Shown here piece after piece: positions 30,914-39,819 of a DNA stretch of 64,000 bases. The position numbers and the translations under genes were made by a program. How positions within the stretch are numbered: the stretch's first letter is position 1; each line of letters opens with the position of its first letter. Location: contig MEUD01000001.1 in the NCBI GenBank assembly GCA_001771575.1, forward strand, positions 415,277-479,276, read 5' to 3'. Under the pieces are notes generated by a model. That model searched no databases. It was given only the letters and a program-made list of their open reading frames with translations, and was not told the DNA's origin. This stretch comes from a candidate division WOR-1 bacterium RIFOXYB2_FULL_45_9. GTDB taxonomy: Bacteria > Margulisbacteria > WOR-1 > O2-12-FULL-45-9 > XYB2-FULL-48-7.

Positions 30914-31177
30914 TCATCTAAGATCACGTTCTTATTTTACGCTTAGAATCAGGAAAAGCAAGGGAGATTAGCGGGGGAAAGGGACTGAGGGACTAAGGGA
31001 TAGCTAAATCCGACTGATCGTTAGACTTAACCTTATTTACACCCAAATAGCTCTTTTCGCCAGAGGTGCGGGGGAGGCGAAAAGGTAAGGAACTAAATAA
31101 TTTCTGACTCTCTAGCCGCATAATACATTCCCCCCTTCCTTGCCCCCCTCCCCCAAATAAACTATACTTAAATCAGC

Positions 31178-31687
31178 ATGTACAACATCATCGACTCCAT
31201 AAAAACTTATCTGCTCTCTAATGGTATGGAAATAGTAATCGACCTGCTGATCCTGGTCATCGGCATCTGGGTGGCTAAAGTCGCCTCGAACATCACCAAG
31301 AAGGCGATGATCAGATCAAAAGTTAATCAAACCCTGGCCCTTTTTGTCGGCAACGTCGTATATTACGCCATCGTAATTTTTGTGGTCCTATCTTTCCTGG
31401 AACGACTGGGGATAAAAACAACTTCATTTCTCGCCCTGATCGGCGCGGCCGGTCTGGCGATCGCACTGGCCTTGCAAGGCTCCCTCGCAAACTTCGCGGC
31501 AGGGCTCATGATCATCATGTTCCGCCCTTTTGAACTTGGGGATAAAATTGAAACGGTCGGCGTCTCCGGCGTCGTGGAAGAGATCCAGATCTTTAGCACC
31601 GTCCTCATAACCGCTGATCATAAACGAAAGATCATTCCGAACTCCAAGATAACCGGCGACGTCATCTCCGTGGAGATCAAACACTAG
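31178..31687 (+). CDS. MscS-family mechanosensitive channel-like protein (short form, 169 aa)
   Basis: Three TM helices with the pore-lining Gly/Ala-rich TM3 (LALIGAAGLAIALALQGSLANFAAGLMII) and the start of the beta domain. It is shorter than canonical MscS and lacks the C-terminal alpha-beta domain. Confidence 0.55.
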   Translation: MYNIIDSIKTYLLSNGMEIVIDLLILVIGIWVAKVASNITKKAMIRSKVNQTLALFVGNVVYYAIVIFVVLSFLERLGIKTTSFLALIGAAGLAIALALQGSLANFAAGLMIIMFRPFELGDKIETVGVSGVVEEIQIFSTVLITADHKRKIIPNSKITGDVISVEIKH

Positions 31688-32685
31688 ATTTTCCGTTTCT
31701 TGACTTCCTTCAGCGCGCTTTTGACCATTTTACCAAAATCTTTGTCTCTCTGTCTTTTTTCCAAGCTGGTCATGGCGTAATAATCGGTCTCTTTTTTTAA
31801 TTTGAGGTAATTTATATATTTCTCTTCGCTTAAATCGCCCGACTTGAGCGCGGTCAGCACGGCACACCCCGGTTCGTGTTGATGAGTGCAATCAATAAAC
31901 TTACAGGAACAGCCTATTTCTTCAATTTCCGCGAAAACACTTTTTATCCCCTCTTCGGCATCTGCCAGCCCGATCTCCCTCATCCCCGGATTATCGATGA
32001 TCATCCCCCCGTTCTTAAGGACAAAAAGTTCACGATGAGTAGTCGTATGCTTTCCTTTATTGGTTTGAGCACTGATCTCCTTGGTCGTTATCAGTTCTTC
32101 TCCCAATAATTTATTGGTCAGCGACGACTTGCCAACCCCCGAAGAGCCGAGCAAACAGTAGATTTGCCCCGGCTCGATCACCCGCGCCAGGCTATCGAAA
32201 CCGGTTAAGACGCTGGTGGTTAGTAGCGGGACCGCTTTAAAGCGCTCTTTTACCTGGGAGATTATTTCGGCCAGCTTTTCCGGGGAAACAAGATCAATCT
32301 TGTTGAGGAGTAAAACCGGGTAAATCTTTTCAGACTGAACGATCGTCAGGTAGCGCTCGAATCGATTTAAATTAAAATCACGGTCGACCGCTTGCACAAT
32401 AAAGGCGCAGTCGACATTAGCCGCGATCGTCTGAACCTCCTCCTTGCCGGCCGCTTTTCGCTTTAAAACGCTTTTTCTGGGGAGAATTTCTTCAATGAGG
32501 GCTCTGCCGTAGCCAAGATCGTTAATTTTAACCTGGTCGCCGACCGCCGGATAATCGAGCGGCGACTTGGCCGCGAAAATAATTTTACCGGCAACTTCAG
32601 CCCAAGCCTCCCCGCTTTCACCCAGAACACGGTACTTCCCCCGGTATTGGGCGACGACCCGGGCGGTTTTGATTTCGTTGTTCAT
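31684..32685 (-). CDS. rsgA: ribosome small-subunit-dependent GTPase A
   Basis: OB-fold N-terminus, GTPase G motifs (LLGSSGVGKSSL, circularly permuted) and a C-terminal zinc knuckle (CKFIDCTHQHEPGCAV). Start set at the internal Met (MNNEIK) because the ORF-track N-terminal extension is implausible. Confidence 0.8.
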   Translation of the reverse strand: MNNEIKTARVVAQYRGKYRVLGESGEAWAEVAGKIIFAAKSPLDYPAVGDQVKINDLGYGRALIEEILPRKSVLKRKAAGKEEVQTIAANVDCAFIVQAVDRDFNLNRFERYLTIVQSEKIYPVLLLNKIDLVSPEKLAEIISQVKERFKAVPLLTTSVLTGFDSLARVIEPGQIYCLLGSSGVGKSSLTNKLLGEELITTKEISAQTNKGKHTTTHRELFVLKNGGMIIDNPGMREIGLADAEEGIKSVFAEIEEIGCSCKFIDCTHQHEPGCAVLTALKSGDLSEEKYINYLKLKKETDYYAMTSLEKRQRDKDFGKMVKSALKEVKKRKI

Positions 32686-32801
32686 ACTATTTGTCCGGCA
32701 GAAAGAAACATTATACAAATAAATGCTTATTAATGCCACATCCTCAAAACAGATAGGTTGACAATTAATATTTATTGACATATACTTGACATATCAAGCA
32801 T

Positions 32802-33230
32802 ATGAAAAAGGCAAATGAACCAATAAGATTGATATTAGAGCTGGCAAAGACGCAGGCCATTGTTGGGCGTCGTTTTGACTGTGGGCTGGGCGGGCTTGGC
32901 TTCAATGAATTTACGATCCTATATAATCTTAGTATAGCAAGTGATGGAAAAATGCGCAGGATAGACCTGGCCAATAAGATTGGGCTTACCGCCTCCGGGG
33001 TGACACGGCTGTTACTGCCTATGGAAAAAATTGGACTAATTAAAAGCGGAGAAAGCGAAAGAGATGCCCGAGCTCGGTTTGTAACAATTGCTCCTGGTGG
33101 TGTCCTTAAATTAAATGAAGCGATCGAACGAATGGAACTGCTCCTGAATGAAATAATCCCTATGGATAAAAAGATCAAAATCGAAAAGATCTCGCAATTT
33201 CTTTCTGAATTAGGGATGCTTGCGCGTTAG
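32802..33230 (+). CDS. MarR-family transcriptional regulator
   Basis: 142 aa with the winged-HTH pattern (RIDLANKIGLTASGVTRLL). Confidence 0.7.
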   Translation: MKKANEPIRLILELAKTQAIVGRRFDCGLGGLGFNEFTILYNLSIASDGKMRRIDLANKIGLTASGVTRLLLPMEKIGLIKSGESERDARARFVTIAPGGVLKLNEAIERMELLLNEIIPMDKKIKIEKISQFLSELGMLAR

Positions 33231-33234
33231 CCTT

Positions 33235-33828
33235 ATGGATAGAGATGGACTGCTCCTCACGCAAATCGCCTTCAACAATCAAACCTTCGAGGAAGTCAGC
33301 CTTCAAGAAACAGACCTTAGCCACAAAGAATTTTCCGAATGCGCCTTCAATAAATGCGATTTTAGCGGTTCCAACTTTAGCGGAACTATCTTCAGCGACT
33401 GTACTTTTACCGGCTGTAACCTGGCCAACATCAAGGTCGAAGGCTGTGGTTTTCGCGGCGTCAATTTTACCGGCTGTAAATTGATCGGGGTTGTCTTTAT
33501 CAAGATCAACAAACTGCTTTTAGATTGGGGCTTTCAGAAATGTAAGATCGCCCTCTGCAATTTCAGCGGATTAAGTATTAAACACAGCCGCTTCACCGAT
33601 TGCGTCATCCAGGGGACCGATTTCGTCAACGTTGACCTTTCGGGAGCGACCTTCTCCGGCTGTGACCTGGAAAACAGCACCTTTCGCAACGCCAACCTGG
33701 AAAAAGCGAGCTTCGTCGGCTCGTGGAATTATTACGTCGACCCGACCCAGAACAAGGTTAAACAAGCCAAGTTCGCTTACCCCGAAGTCCTAGCTCTCCT
33801 CGCCCCTTTTGGGATCAAGATCGAATAG
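33235..33828 (+). CDS. pentapeptide-repeat protein
   Basis: Tandem A(D/N)LxX pentapeptides (FSGSNFSGTIFSDCTFTGCNLANIKVEGCGFRGVNFTGCKL...). Confidence 0.7.
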   Translation: MDRDGLLLTQIAFNNQTFEEVSLQETDLSHKEFSECAFNKCDFSGSNFSGTIFSDCTFTGCNLANIKVEGCGFRGVNFTGCKLIGVVFIKINKLLLDWGFQKCKIALCNFSGLSIKHSRFTDCVIQGTDFVNVDLSGATFSGCDLENSTFRNANLEKASFVGSWNYYVDPTQNKVKQAKFAYPEVLALLAPFGIKIE

Positions 33829-34476
33829 CTATAGATAGATCGTCACACCAAACTGACTGAAGCTAATCCCGGCGTCCATCCAGTTTGTTTGATTACTGCT
33901 GTTCTTGTACTTGATGCCCGCCAGGGTTAAACTGCCAAATTGATAATAAACGCCGAGCCCGATCGTTTCGGTCAGGTTGGTCCGCGTCTTGACACCGAGC
34001 AGGAACCCTGGAATACCGCCGCTGAAATCTCCAGCCGGCGATGGGGAACCGGCGACCGAAGATATCTCCTGCTGGGCGTTAAACCAGCCTAAATTGTAAT
34101 CGAGATAAGCGGAAACCGAATTACCGCCAAGTTCAAAATCAACGATCCCGCCCAGCGAGGCTTGGAATAACTGAAAAGCGTGCCAGGTGGAATTAAGCGG
34201 ACTGTAATTGAAAATAAAATGCGGCCCCGCTTTGACCGACGGCGCGACCGAATAGAACAGCGACGCTTCGCCGCCAAAGCCCAGGTTGGTTTCCGACTTC
34301 AGCGCCCCAAGATAAATTGAATCCGCGCTATCAAGCAATGAATTCCCGGTCGCGTTGACCAGAAAATTGACGTTCAAATCTCCGCCAAGGACGGCATAAT
34401 CGGTCGCTTTTGCCAGGCCGGCCAGACAAAAGGACAGGAAGATAACAAGCGCCATGAAAATCGTTGTTTTTCTCAT
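33829..34476 (-). CDS. secreted beta-strand-rich protein (possible outer-membrane beta-barrel)
   Basis: 215 aa with a signal peptide (MRKTTIFMALVIFLSFCLAGLAKA) and alternating hydrophobic beta pattern ending in ...FGVTIYL. Confidence 0.4.
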   Translation of the reverse strand: MRKTTIFMALVIFLSFCLAGLAKATDYAVLGGDLNVNFLVNATGNSLLDSADSIYLGALKSETNLGFGGEASLFYSVAPSVKAGPHFIFNYSPLNSTWHAFQLFQASLGGIVDFELGGNSVSAYLDYNLGWFNAQQEISSVAGSPSPAGDFSGGIPGFLLGVKTRTNLTETIGLGVYYQFGSLTLAGIKYKNSSNQTNWMDAGISFSQFGVTIYL

Positions 34477-34576
34477 TATTATGGATACCTCAAGAATATA
34501 TTTTTTGGTCCACTGGTTAAATTTAACTTAATGGCTTCCGGTTGTCAATCCAACTTCTTACTGCTATTATTCCTGC

Positions 34577-35566
34577 ATGAAGAGTGTCCTGATCACCGCT
34601 TTCGATTACAACGAAAAGCACTTCGTCGAGAAGGAGATCCCGCTCAACACCTGCGTTATCTACAAGAACAAGCCGACCATCACCTGGATCAACATCGACA
34701 GCATCCACGACCATAAAGCGGTCAAAAATATTTGCGATTGCTTCGGCCTGGCCCCCGCCGTCTACGAACAGATCATCGACCCGACCCAGAGGCCCAAGAT
34801 CGAAGATTATGGAAAATACTTATTCATCGTTTTAAAAATGTTCCTTAATAATAAGGAGACACTCAAAGTGGCCGACGAGCAGGTCAGCTTTATCATCGGC
34901 CCCACTTACGTCATCTCTTTTCAGGAAAGAGCCCTAAAAGAGGACGTTTTTGACCCGGTCAGGAAAAGGCTAAGGACCGCCGGCTCGAAGATCAGACAGT
35001 CCAGGGCCGATTACCTCGCCTACCGTCTCATTGACGCGGTGATCGACTATTACTTTGTCATTCTCGAAATTTTGGGAGACCAGATAGAAGAGATCGAAAA
35101 GGAAACGATCGCCAACCCGAGCAAAAAAACTTTGGTCCAAATGCAAAAAAAGCGAAAAGAGATGCTCTTTTTCCGCCGTTCGATCTGGCCAGTCAGGGAG
35201 ATCATGAACTCCCTGCAGAGAGGAGAATCAAAACTTATCTCCCCGGCGACCCAAAAATACATGCGCGGCCTCTATGAGCACACCATCCAGATCATCGACA
35301 CGATCGAGACCGAAAGGGATACGATGTCCTCAATGCTCGATATCTATCTGTCGAGCTTAAGCAACAAATTGAACGAGGTCATGAAGATCCTGACCATGAT
35401 CTCGACGATCTTTATGCCGCTGACCTTTATCGTGGGGATCTACGGAATGAATTTCCGCCATATGCCGGAGCTGGAATGGCGATACGGTTATTTTATGGTC
35501 TGGGGGCTGACGATCATCATTGTCTCCTCCATGTTCATTTATTATAAACGGAAAAAGTGGTTCTAG
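34577..35566 (+). CDS. corA: CorA-family magnesium/cobalt transporter
   Basis: 329 aa with a C-terminal two-TM region containing the GMN motif (IYGMNF). Confidence 0.85.
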   Translation: MKSVLITAFDYNEKHFVEKEIPLNTCVIYKNKPTITWINIDSIHDHKAVKNICDCFGLAPAVYEQIIDPTQRPKIEDYGKYLFIVLKMFLNNKETLKVADEQVSFIIGPTYVISFQERALKEDVFDPVRKRLRTAGSKIRQSRADYLAYRLIDAVIDYYFVILEILGDQIEEIEKETIANPSKKTLVQMQKKRKEMLFFRRSIWPVREIMNSLQRGESKLISPATQKYMRGLYEHTIQIIDTIETERDTMSSMLDIYLSSLSNKLNEVMKILTMISTIFMPLTFIVGIYGMNFRHMPELEWRYGYFMVWGLTIIIVSSMFIYYKRKKWF

Positions 35567-35576
35567 GATCTTAAAT

Positions 35577-35849
35577 ATGATCGCCGCTTATTACGTTTAT
35601 ATCATTGAATGCGCCAACCGCGCTCTTTACACCGGCATCACCAACAACCTTGAACGTCGTTTTAAAGAGCACCAAGCCGGTCGCGGCGCCCGCTACACCA
35701 GAGCTAATCCGGCGACCAGGCTCGTTTATAAGAAAAAATGCGGCAGTAAGAGCAGGGCGCTCAAACGGGAAGCGGCGATCAAGAAGTTGACCCGAGCGAA
35801 CAAATTAGCATTAATCAACAGCGCAGTGCTCCATGGTTCGCATTGCTAG
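35577..35849 (+). CDS. GIY-YIG nuclease-family protein (UPF0213-like)
   Basis: YVYIIECANRALYTGITNNLERRFKEH matches the GIY-YIG core. Start set at the internal Met (MIAAYY) to avoid a long overlap with corA. Confidence 0.6.
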   Translation: MIAAYYVYIIECANRALYTGITNNLERRFKEHQAGRGARYTRANPATRLVYKKKCGSKSRALKREAAIKKLTRANKLALINSAVLHGSHC

Positions 35850-36398
35850 TTCCCCCGCTTCAGCCATACTTTTACCCAGCGAGATAAAACCATGGTTCTT
35901 AATGATCAAAAAAATGTTCTCGCCCAATGATTCCATGATCTGATCGGCCAATTCCAGGGTCCCGTATGGCTCTTCCCGCTCCGTGCAAGTCAGCCCCATT
36001 CGGGCGCAATTATCAAGCAATTTTTGACAATGGCCGTGAAAGATCGCGTTGACCTCCGGCCTCTTTTGATAGATCAAATAATGGAACATACTTTCCGAAG
36101 AAGGTTCCCGCTGGCCGACGGCGTAAACGATCTTTTTCTCCAGATCGACCCGGTCGACTTTCACAAAACTCTCCGCCGCCGATGTTTCTTTCATCCCGGA
36201 AGAAGTGATAATAAATCGGTTCTCCGGTTTCAGCCGAAAACTTAGATTCCCGTAAACCCCGCCCTCATAGGACGGCATTAGCCCGCTTTGCGTGAATTGA
36301 TCGCACCATTTTTTCAACTCATCGATCCGCGGATCTCCGGGGACCTGCCGGTCAAGGAATTCAGTGGTAAATTTGGGGGCGACCTTCCCTTCAGCCAT
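35811..36398 (-). CDS. mtnB: class II aldolase/adducin-family protein, probable methylthioribulose-1-phosphate dehydratase
   Basis: 195 aa class II aldolase fold with a His cluster (IFHGHCQ). Adjacent to mtnA. Confidence 0.55.
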   Translation of the reverse strand: MAEGKVAPKFTTEFLDRQVPGDPRIDELKKWCDQFTQSGLMPSYEGGVYGNLSFRLKPENRFIITSSGMKETSAAESFVKVDRVDLEKKIVYAVGQREPSSESMFHYLIYQKRPEVNAIFHGHCQKLLDNCARMGLTCTEREEPYGTLELADQIMESLGENIFLIIKNHGFISLGKSMAEAGELAMRTMEHCAVD

Positions 36399-37534
36399 TA
36401 CGAAAACAACCTTCCGACTTCAGCCGGTTTAATGATCCCCTTTTCGGTGATGATCCCGGTGATGAATCTGGCCGGCGTGACATCAAAGGCAGGGTTGATC
36501 GCTTTGGAACCCGGAGAACAGACCAAAATCCGGCGTTGAATCCCTTGTTCGTCCGGCCCGGTCTGGTAAAGAACTTCGTCTTCGCTCCGCTCTTCGATCG
36601 GAATGTCGCGGCCGCTATGACATTTTAAATCAATGGTGGAGGTCGGCGCGGCAATATAAAAAGGAACACCGTACTCTTTGGCGCAGATCGCTTTTTCCAG
36701 AGTGCCGATCTTGTTGGCAGTGTCACCGTTTTGGGCGATCCGGTCGGCCCCCACGATCATCAGGTCGATCTTGCCGAGCGACATCAGGTAAGCCCCCGCG
36801 TTGTCGGGAACGATCGCGTGCGGAACTTTCTCTCCTTGCAGTTCCCAGGCGGTCAGCCTGGCCCCCTGGCCGCGCGGCCTGGTCTCATCGGCATAGACAA
36901 AAACCTTCTTTCCCGCGCGGTGAGCGGCGTAGATCGGCGAGAGGGCCGATCCATGGTCGACAAAAGCGAGCCAGCCGGCGTTGCAGTGGGTCTCGATCGT
37001 CATCCCGTCTTTGATCAATTTCGCGCCATGCTCGCCGATCAGTCGGCAATTCTCGGCATCTTCATCGGCGATCTTTTGCGCCTCCAGCACGCCCGCCCCT
37101 TCGCCCCCTTTTTTCGCCGCGTCGTAAACCCGGTTGACGGCAAAGAAGAGGTTCTGGGCGGTCGGCCTGGTCGCTTCAATCGCTTGTTTTCCCCGGTCGA
37201 TGGCGGTCCAATCGCCGGGAGATTCCAATAACACCTGGGCCATAGCAAAACCGGCCGCCGCGCCGATCGCTCCCGCTCCGCGGACGATCATCGTCTTGAT
37301 GGCATGGCAGGTATCTCTTGATCTCGGCGCCTGGTGGATTTTGAAGTCAAAAGGGAGGAGATTCTGTTCGATCAGGTGGACGGTCGAGCCTTCCAGCCAA
37401 ACGGTACGGTAATGTTTGCCGTTGACTTTAATGGGATCACTCGCCTTCGAATTCAGTCTGGGCGTAGACCTTATGCCCGGCTTCTTCCAATTTCCGGCGA
37501 CCGCCGATATCCGGCAGATCAACGATAAAAGCAA
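36398..37534 (-). CDS. mtnA: S-methyl-5-thioribose-1-phosphate isomerase (eIF-2B alpha/beta/delta-like)
   Basis: MtnA/e2B2 family body ([19 protein letters not shown]). The N-terminus is uncertain. The ATG at 37534 overlaps the apt 3' end by about 100 nt, and no canonical start lies closer to the conserved core (ASDPIKVNG...). Confidence 0.75.
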   Translation of the reverse strand: MLLSLICRISAVAGNWKKPGIRSTPRLNSKASDPIKVNGKHYRTVWLEGSTVHLIEQNLLPFDFKIHQAPRSRDTCHAIKTMIVRGAGAIGAAAGFAMAQVLLESPGDWTAIDRGKQAIEATRPTAQNLFFAVNRVYDAAKKGGEGAGVLEAQKIADEDAENCRLIGEHGAKLIKDGMTIETHCNAGWLAFVDHGSALSPIYAAHRAGKKVFVYADETRPRGQGARLTAWELQGEKVPHAIVPDNAGAYLMSLGKIDLMIVGADRIAQNGDTANKIGTLEKAICAKEYGVPFYIAAPTSTIDLKCHSGRDIPIEERSEDEVLYQTGPDEQGIQRRILVCSPGSKAINPAFDVTPARFITGIITEKGIIKPAEVGRLFS

Positions 37535-37964
37535 GCTCGACGACTTCGCCGCCCAGTTTTTTCACCAGTTTACTCGCCGCCATCGCGGTCCCGCCGGTCG
37601 CGATCAGGTCATCAATGATCAAGACCTTTTGGCCTTTGGTAATCGCGTCCTTGTGGATCTCGATCACGTCGGTCCCGTATTCCAGGGCGTATTCTTCCCG
37701 CTCGGTTTCAGCCGGGAGCTTCCCCTTTTTGCGGACCGGGACAAACCCTTTGCCCAATAGATAAGCGAGCGCCCCACCCAGGATAAAGCCTCGGGAATCG
37801 ATCCCCACAACAATATCGATATCCTTGTCCTTGTAGCGGGCGGAGAAATCGTCGAGACATAGTTTTAGCCCGACCGGATCTTTCAGGAGCGTGGTAATAT
37901 CGCGGAACATGATCCCTTTTTTCGGCCAGTGGGGAACGGTCCTGATGCGTGATTTGATCGGCAT
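37437..37964 (-). CDS. apt: adenine phosphoribosyltransferase
   Basis: 175 aa with a PRPP-binding motif ([13 protein letters not shown]). Confidence 0.85.
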   Translation of the reverse strand: MPIKSRIRTVPHWPKKGIMFRDITTLLKDPVGLKLCLDDFSARYKDKDIDIVVGIDSRGFILGGALAYLLGKGFVPVRKKGKLPAETEREEYALEYGTDVIEIHKDAITKGQKVLIIDDLIATGGTAMAASKLVKKLGGEVVELAFIVDLPDIGGRRKLEEAGHKVYAQTEFEGE

Positions 37965-37975
37965 ATTTCTCTCCT

Positions 37976-38749
37976 TTATTTGATTCGGGGGATCGCCTTG
38001 ATCAACAAAGTTTTGACCTTTTCGGCGTTCTCTTTCATCCGCTCAAGGACCATCTCAAAAGTGACCGGCGCTTCGTCCTCTTTCCAGCAGTCGTAATCGG
38101 TCGACATGGCGATCGTCTGGTACGGGATCCCCAGTTCGTTGGCTAAAACTACCTCGGGACAGGTCGACATATTAATGATATCGGCCCCCCAGGCGCGGAA
38201 CATATGGCTCTCCGCCCGGGTCGAAAACCTGGGCCCTTCGATCGTCACGACCGTGACGTCACGGTTGTATTTGTAGCCGAGCTCGTCGCTGGTCTTACAT
38301 AAGAGGTCGCGCAATTTCCGGTCGTAGGGGTCGCTCATAGGAGTATGAACAACTTTTTCAGTAAAGAAGGTCACGTTCCGGTGGCGGGTAAAATCGATAA
38401 ATTGGTCCGGAAAAACCAAATTCCCAGGCTTGATCTCTTCCCGAAGCGAACCGACAGCGGTCGCCGCCAGGATATGAGTACAGCCGATCTCCTTCAAGCC
38501 ATAGATGTTGGCGAGGTAATTGACCCTGGTCGGCATGATGCTGTGGTCTTTGCCGTGCCGGGCCAGGATCGCGACCTCCACCCCGCCGATCTTTCCGCAG
38601 GTCAGGAGGGACGATGGTTTTCCAAAACTGCTATCCGCTTCAACTTCGATCGGCTCCTTGAGGATCTTGGGGTCGTCCAGTCCCGACCCGCCGATTATCC
38701 CTATTTTCGTCATAAGGCTATTATAATGGCAATCGTTTTGATCTGTCAA
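37976..38749 (-). CDS. mtnP: S-methyl-5'-thioadenosine phosphorylase (PNP/MTAP family)
   Basis: 257 aa with the PNP_UDP_1 fold ([12 protein letters not shown]-type). Confidence 0.8.
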   Translation of the reverse strand: MTDQNDCHYNSLMTKIGIIGGSGLDDPKILKEPIEVEADSSFGKPSSLLTCGKIGGVEVAILARHGKDHSIMPTRVNYLANIYGLKEIGCTHILAATAVGSLREEIKPGNLVFPDQFIDFTRHRNVTFFTEKVVHTPMSDPYDRKLRDLLCKTSDELGYKYNRDVTVVTIEGPRFSTRAESHMFRAWGADIINMSTCPEVVLANELGIPYQTIAMSTDYDCWKEDEAPVTFEMVLERMKENAEKVKTLLIKAIPRIK

Positions 38750-38794
38750 TTTTCCTATTTGACTTCACCCCGCAGTTCATAGGAGAATAACATC

Positions 38795-39547
38795 ATGAAG
38801 CAAAAAACCGACTGGAATGAAGTCGCCGGCTGGTACGACCAGCTCGTTGGAGAAAAAGGGTCCGATTATCACCAAAACGTGATCCTGCCGGGGGCCTTAA
38901 AGCTCCTTGACCCAAGACGCGGCGAAAAGGTCCTTGATCTCGCCTGCGGTCAGGGGGTCCTTTGCCGGGAGCTGGCCAGGAAAGGGGTCGAGGTCACCGG
39001 CATCGACGCCGCCCCCAACCTGATCAAAGCGGCGATCGAGCGAAGCCCAAGAACGATCAAATACCAGGTCTGCGATGCCGCGAATTTAAAGGTCTTTGCC
39101 GACGCCTCTTTTGACGTCGTCACCTGCATCATGGCGATCCAAAATATCGAACCGCTTGATAAAGTGATCAGCGAAAGCGCCCGGGTCCTAAAGAACGGCG
39201 GAGGTTTCCTAATCGTCACCAGCCACCCCTGCTTCCGTATCCCGCGCCAGAGCGGCTGGGGTTTTGACGACCAGCGCAAGCTCCAATACCGCCGGGTCGA
39301 CAGCTACCTTTCGGAAATGAAGATCCCGATCAAAATGCACCCGGGCTTCGATCCGGGAAAACTGACCTGGACCTTTCACCGCCCGCTGGAAACATATTTT
39401 GCCGCTTTGAACCGGGCCGGTTTTACCGTCGCCCGGCTCGAAGAATGGAACTCGCACCGCCAGAGCCAGCCGGGAAGCAAAGCCAGGGCGGAAAACCGTT
39501 CCCGTCAAGAAATCCCGCTTTTTCTTGCCTTGCTCGCTGTTAAGTGA
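38795..39547 (+). CDS. class I SAM-dependent methyltransferase
   Basis: 250 aa with motif I VLDLACGQG. Confidence 0.7.
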   Translation: MKQKTDWNEVAGWYDQLVGEKGSDYHQNVILPGALKLLDPRRGEKVLDLACGQGVLCRELARKGVEVTGIDAAPNLIKAAIERSPRTIKYQVCDAANLKVFADASFDVVTCIMAIQNIEPLDKVISESARVLKNGGGFLIVTSHPCFRIPRQSGWGFDDQRKLQYRRVDSYLSEMKIPIKMHPGFDPGKLTWTFHRPLETYFAALNRAGFTVARLEEWNSHRQSQPGSKARAENRSRQEIPLFLALLAVK

Positions 39548-39595
39548 TAATGTATAATAGCCAAGTCGAAAAATTAATAATAAAGGAGATTCAAC

Positions 39596-39754
39596 ATGAT
39601 CGCAGAACGTTCTGAATTCAAAGGGAAGCCAATGCTCATCCTCAAACGGGATGAAAGCGACAAGTTCCCATTCTCTTTCGGTCTTTCCAAGGCCAAACTG
39701 ATCCTGGAAAGCATCGAAGAGATCAAAAAATTCGTCGCGGAGAACGAAAAATAG
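39596..39754 (+). CDS. small (52 aa) PC4/YdbC-like putative ssDNA-binding protein
   Basis: Not in the ORF track (<60 aa). A strong SD (AAAGGAG) lies 7 nt upstream, and an extended -10 TGTATAAT lies about 37 nt upstream. The sequence EFKGKPMLILKR...FSFGLSKAKLILESIEEI parallels the PC4 core (FKGKxLIDIREY...KGISLxxEQWxxL). Confidence 0.45.
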   Translation: MIAERSEFKGKPMLILKRDESDKFPFSFGLSKAKLILESIEEIKKFVAENEK

Positions 39755-39819
39755 ATCTAACCGGTTTTTTCTTCGGCTCCAAAATCAAAAAACTTGACCG
39801 AACCGACGTCCTTTACCGG

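Noticed and set aside
30940-31000. GGGACT / G-rich short repeats (GGGGGAAAGGGACTGAGGGACTAAGGGA)
   Set aside because: Only two to three short copies are present. This is most likely a low-complexity spacer at the island flank, and there is no evidence of function.
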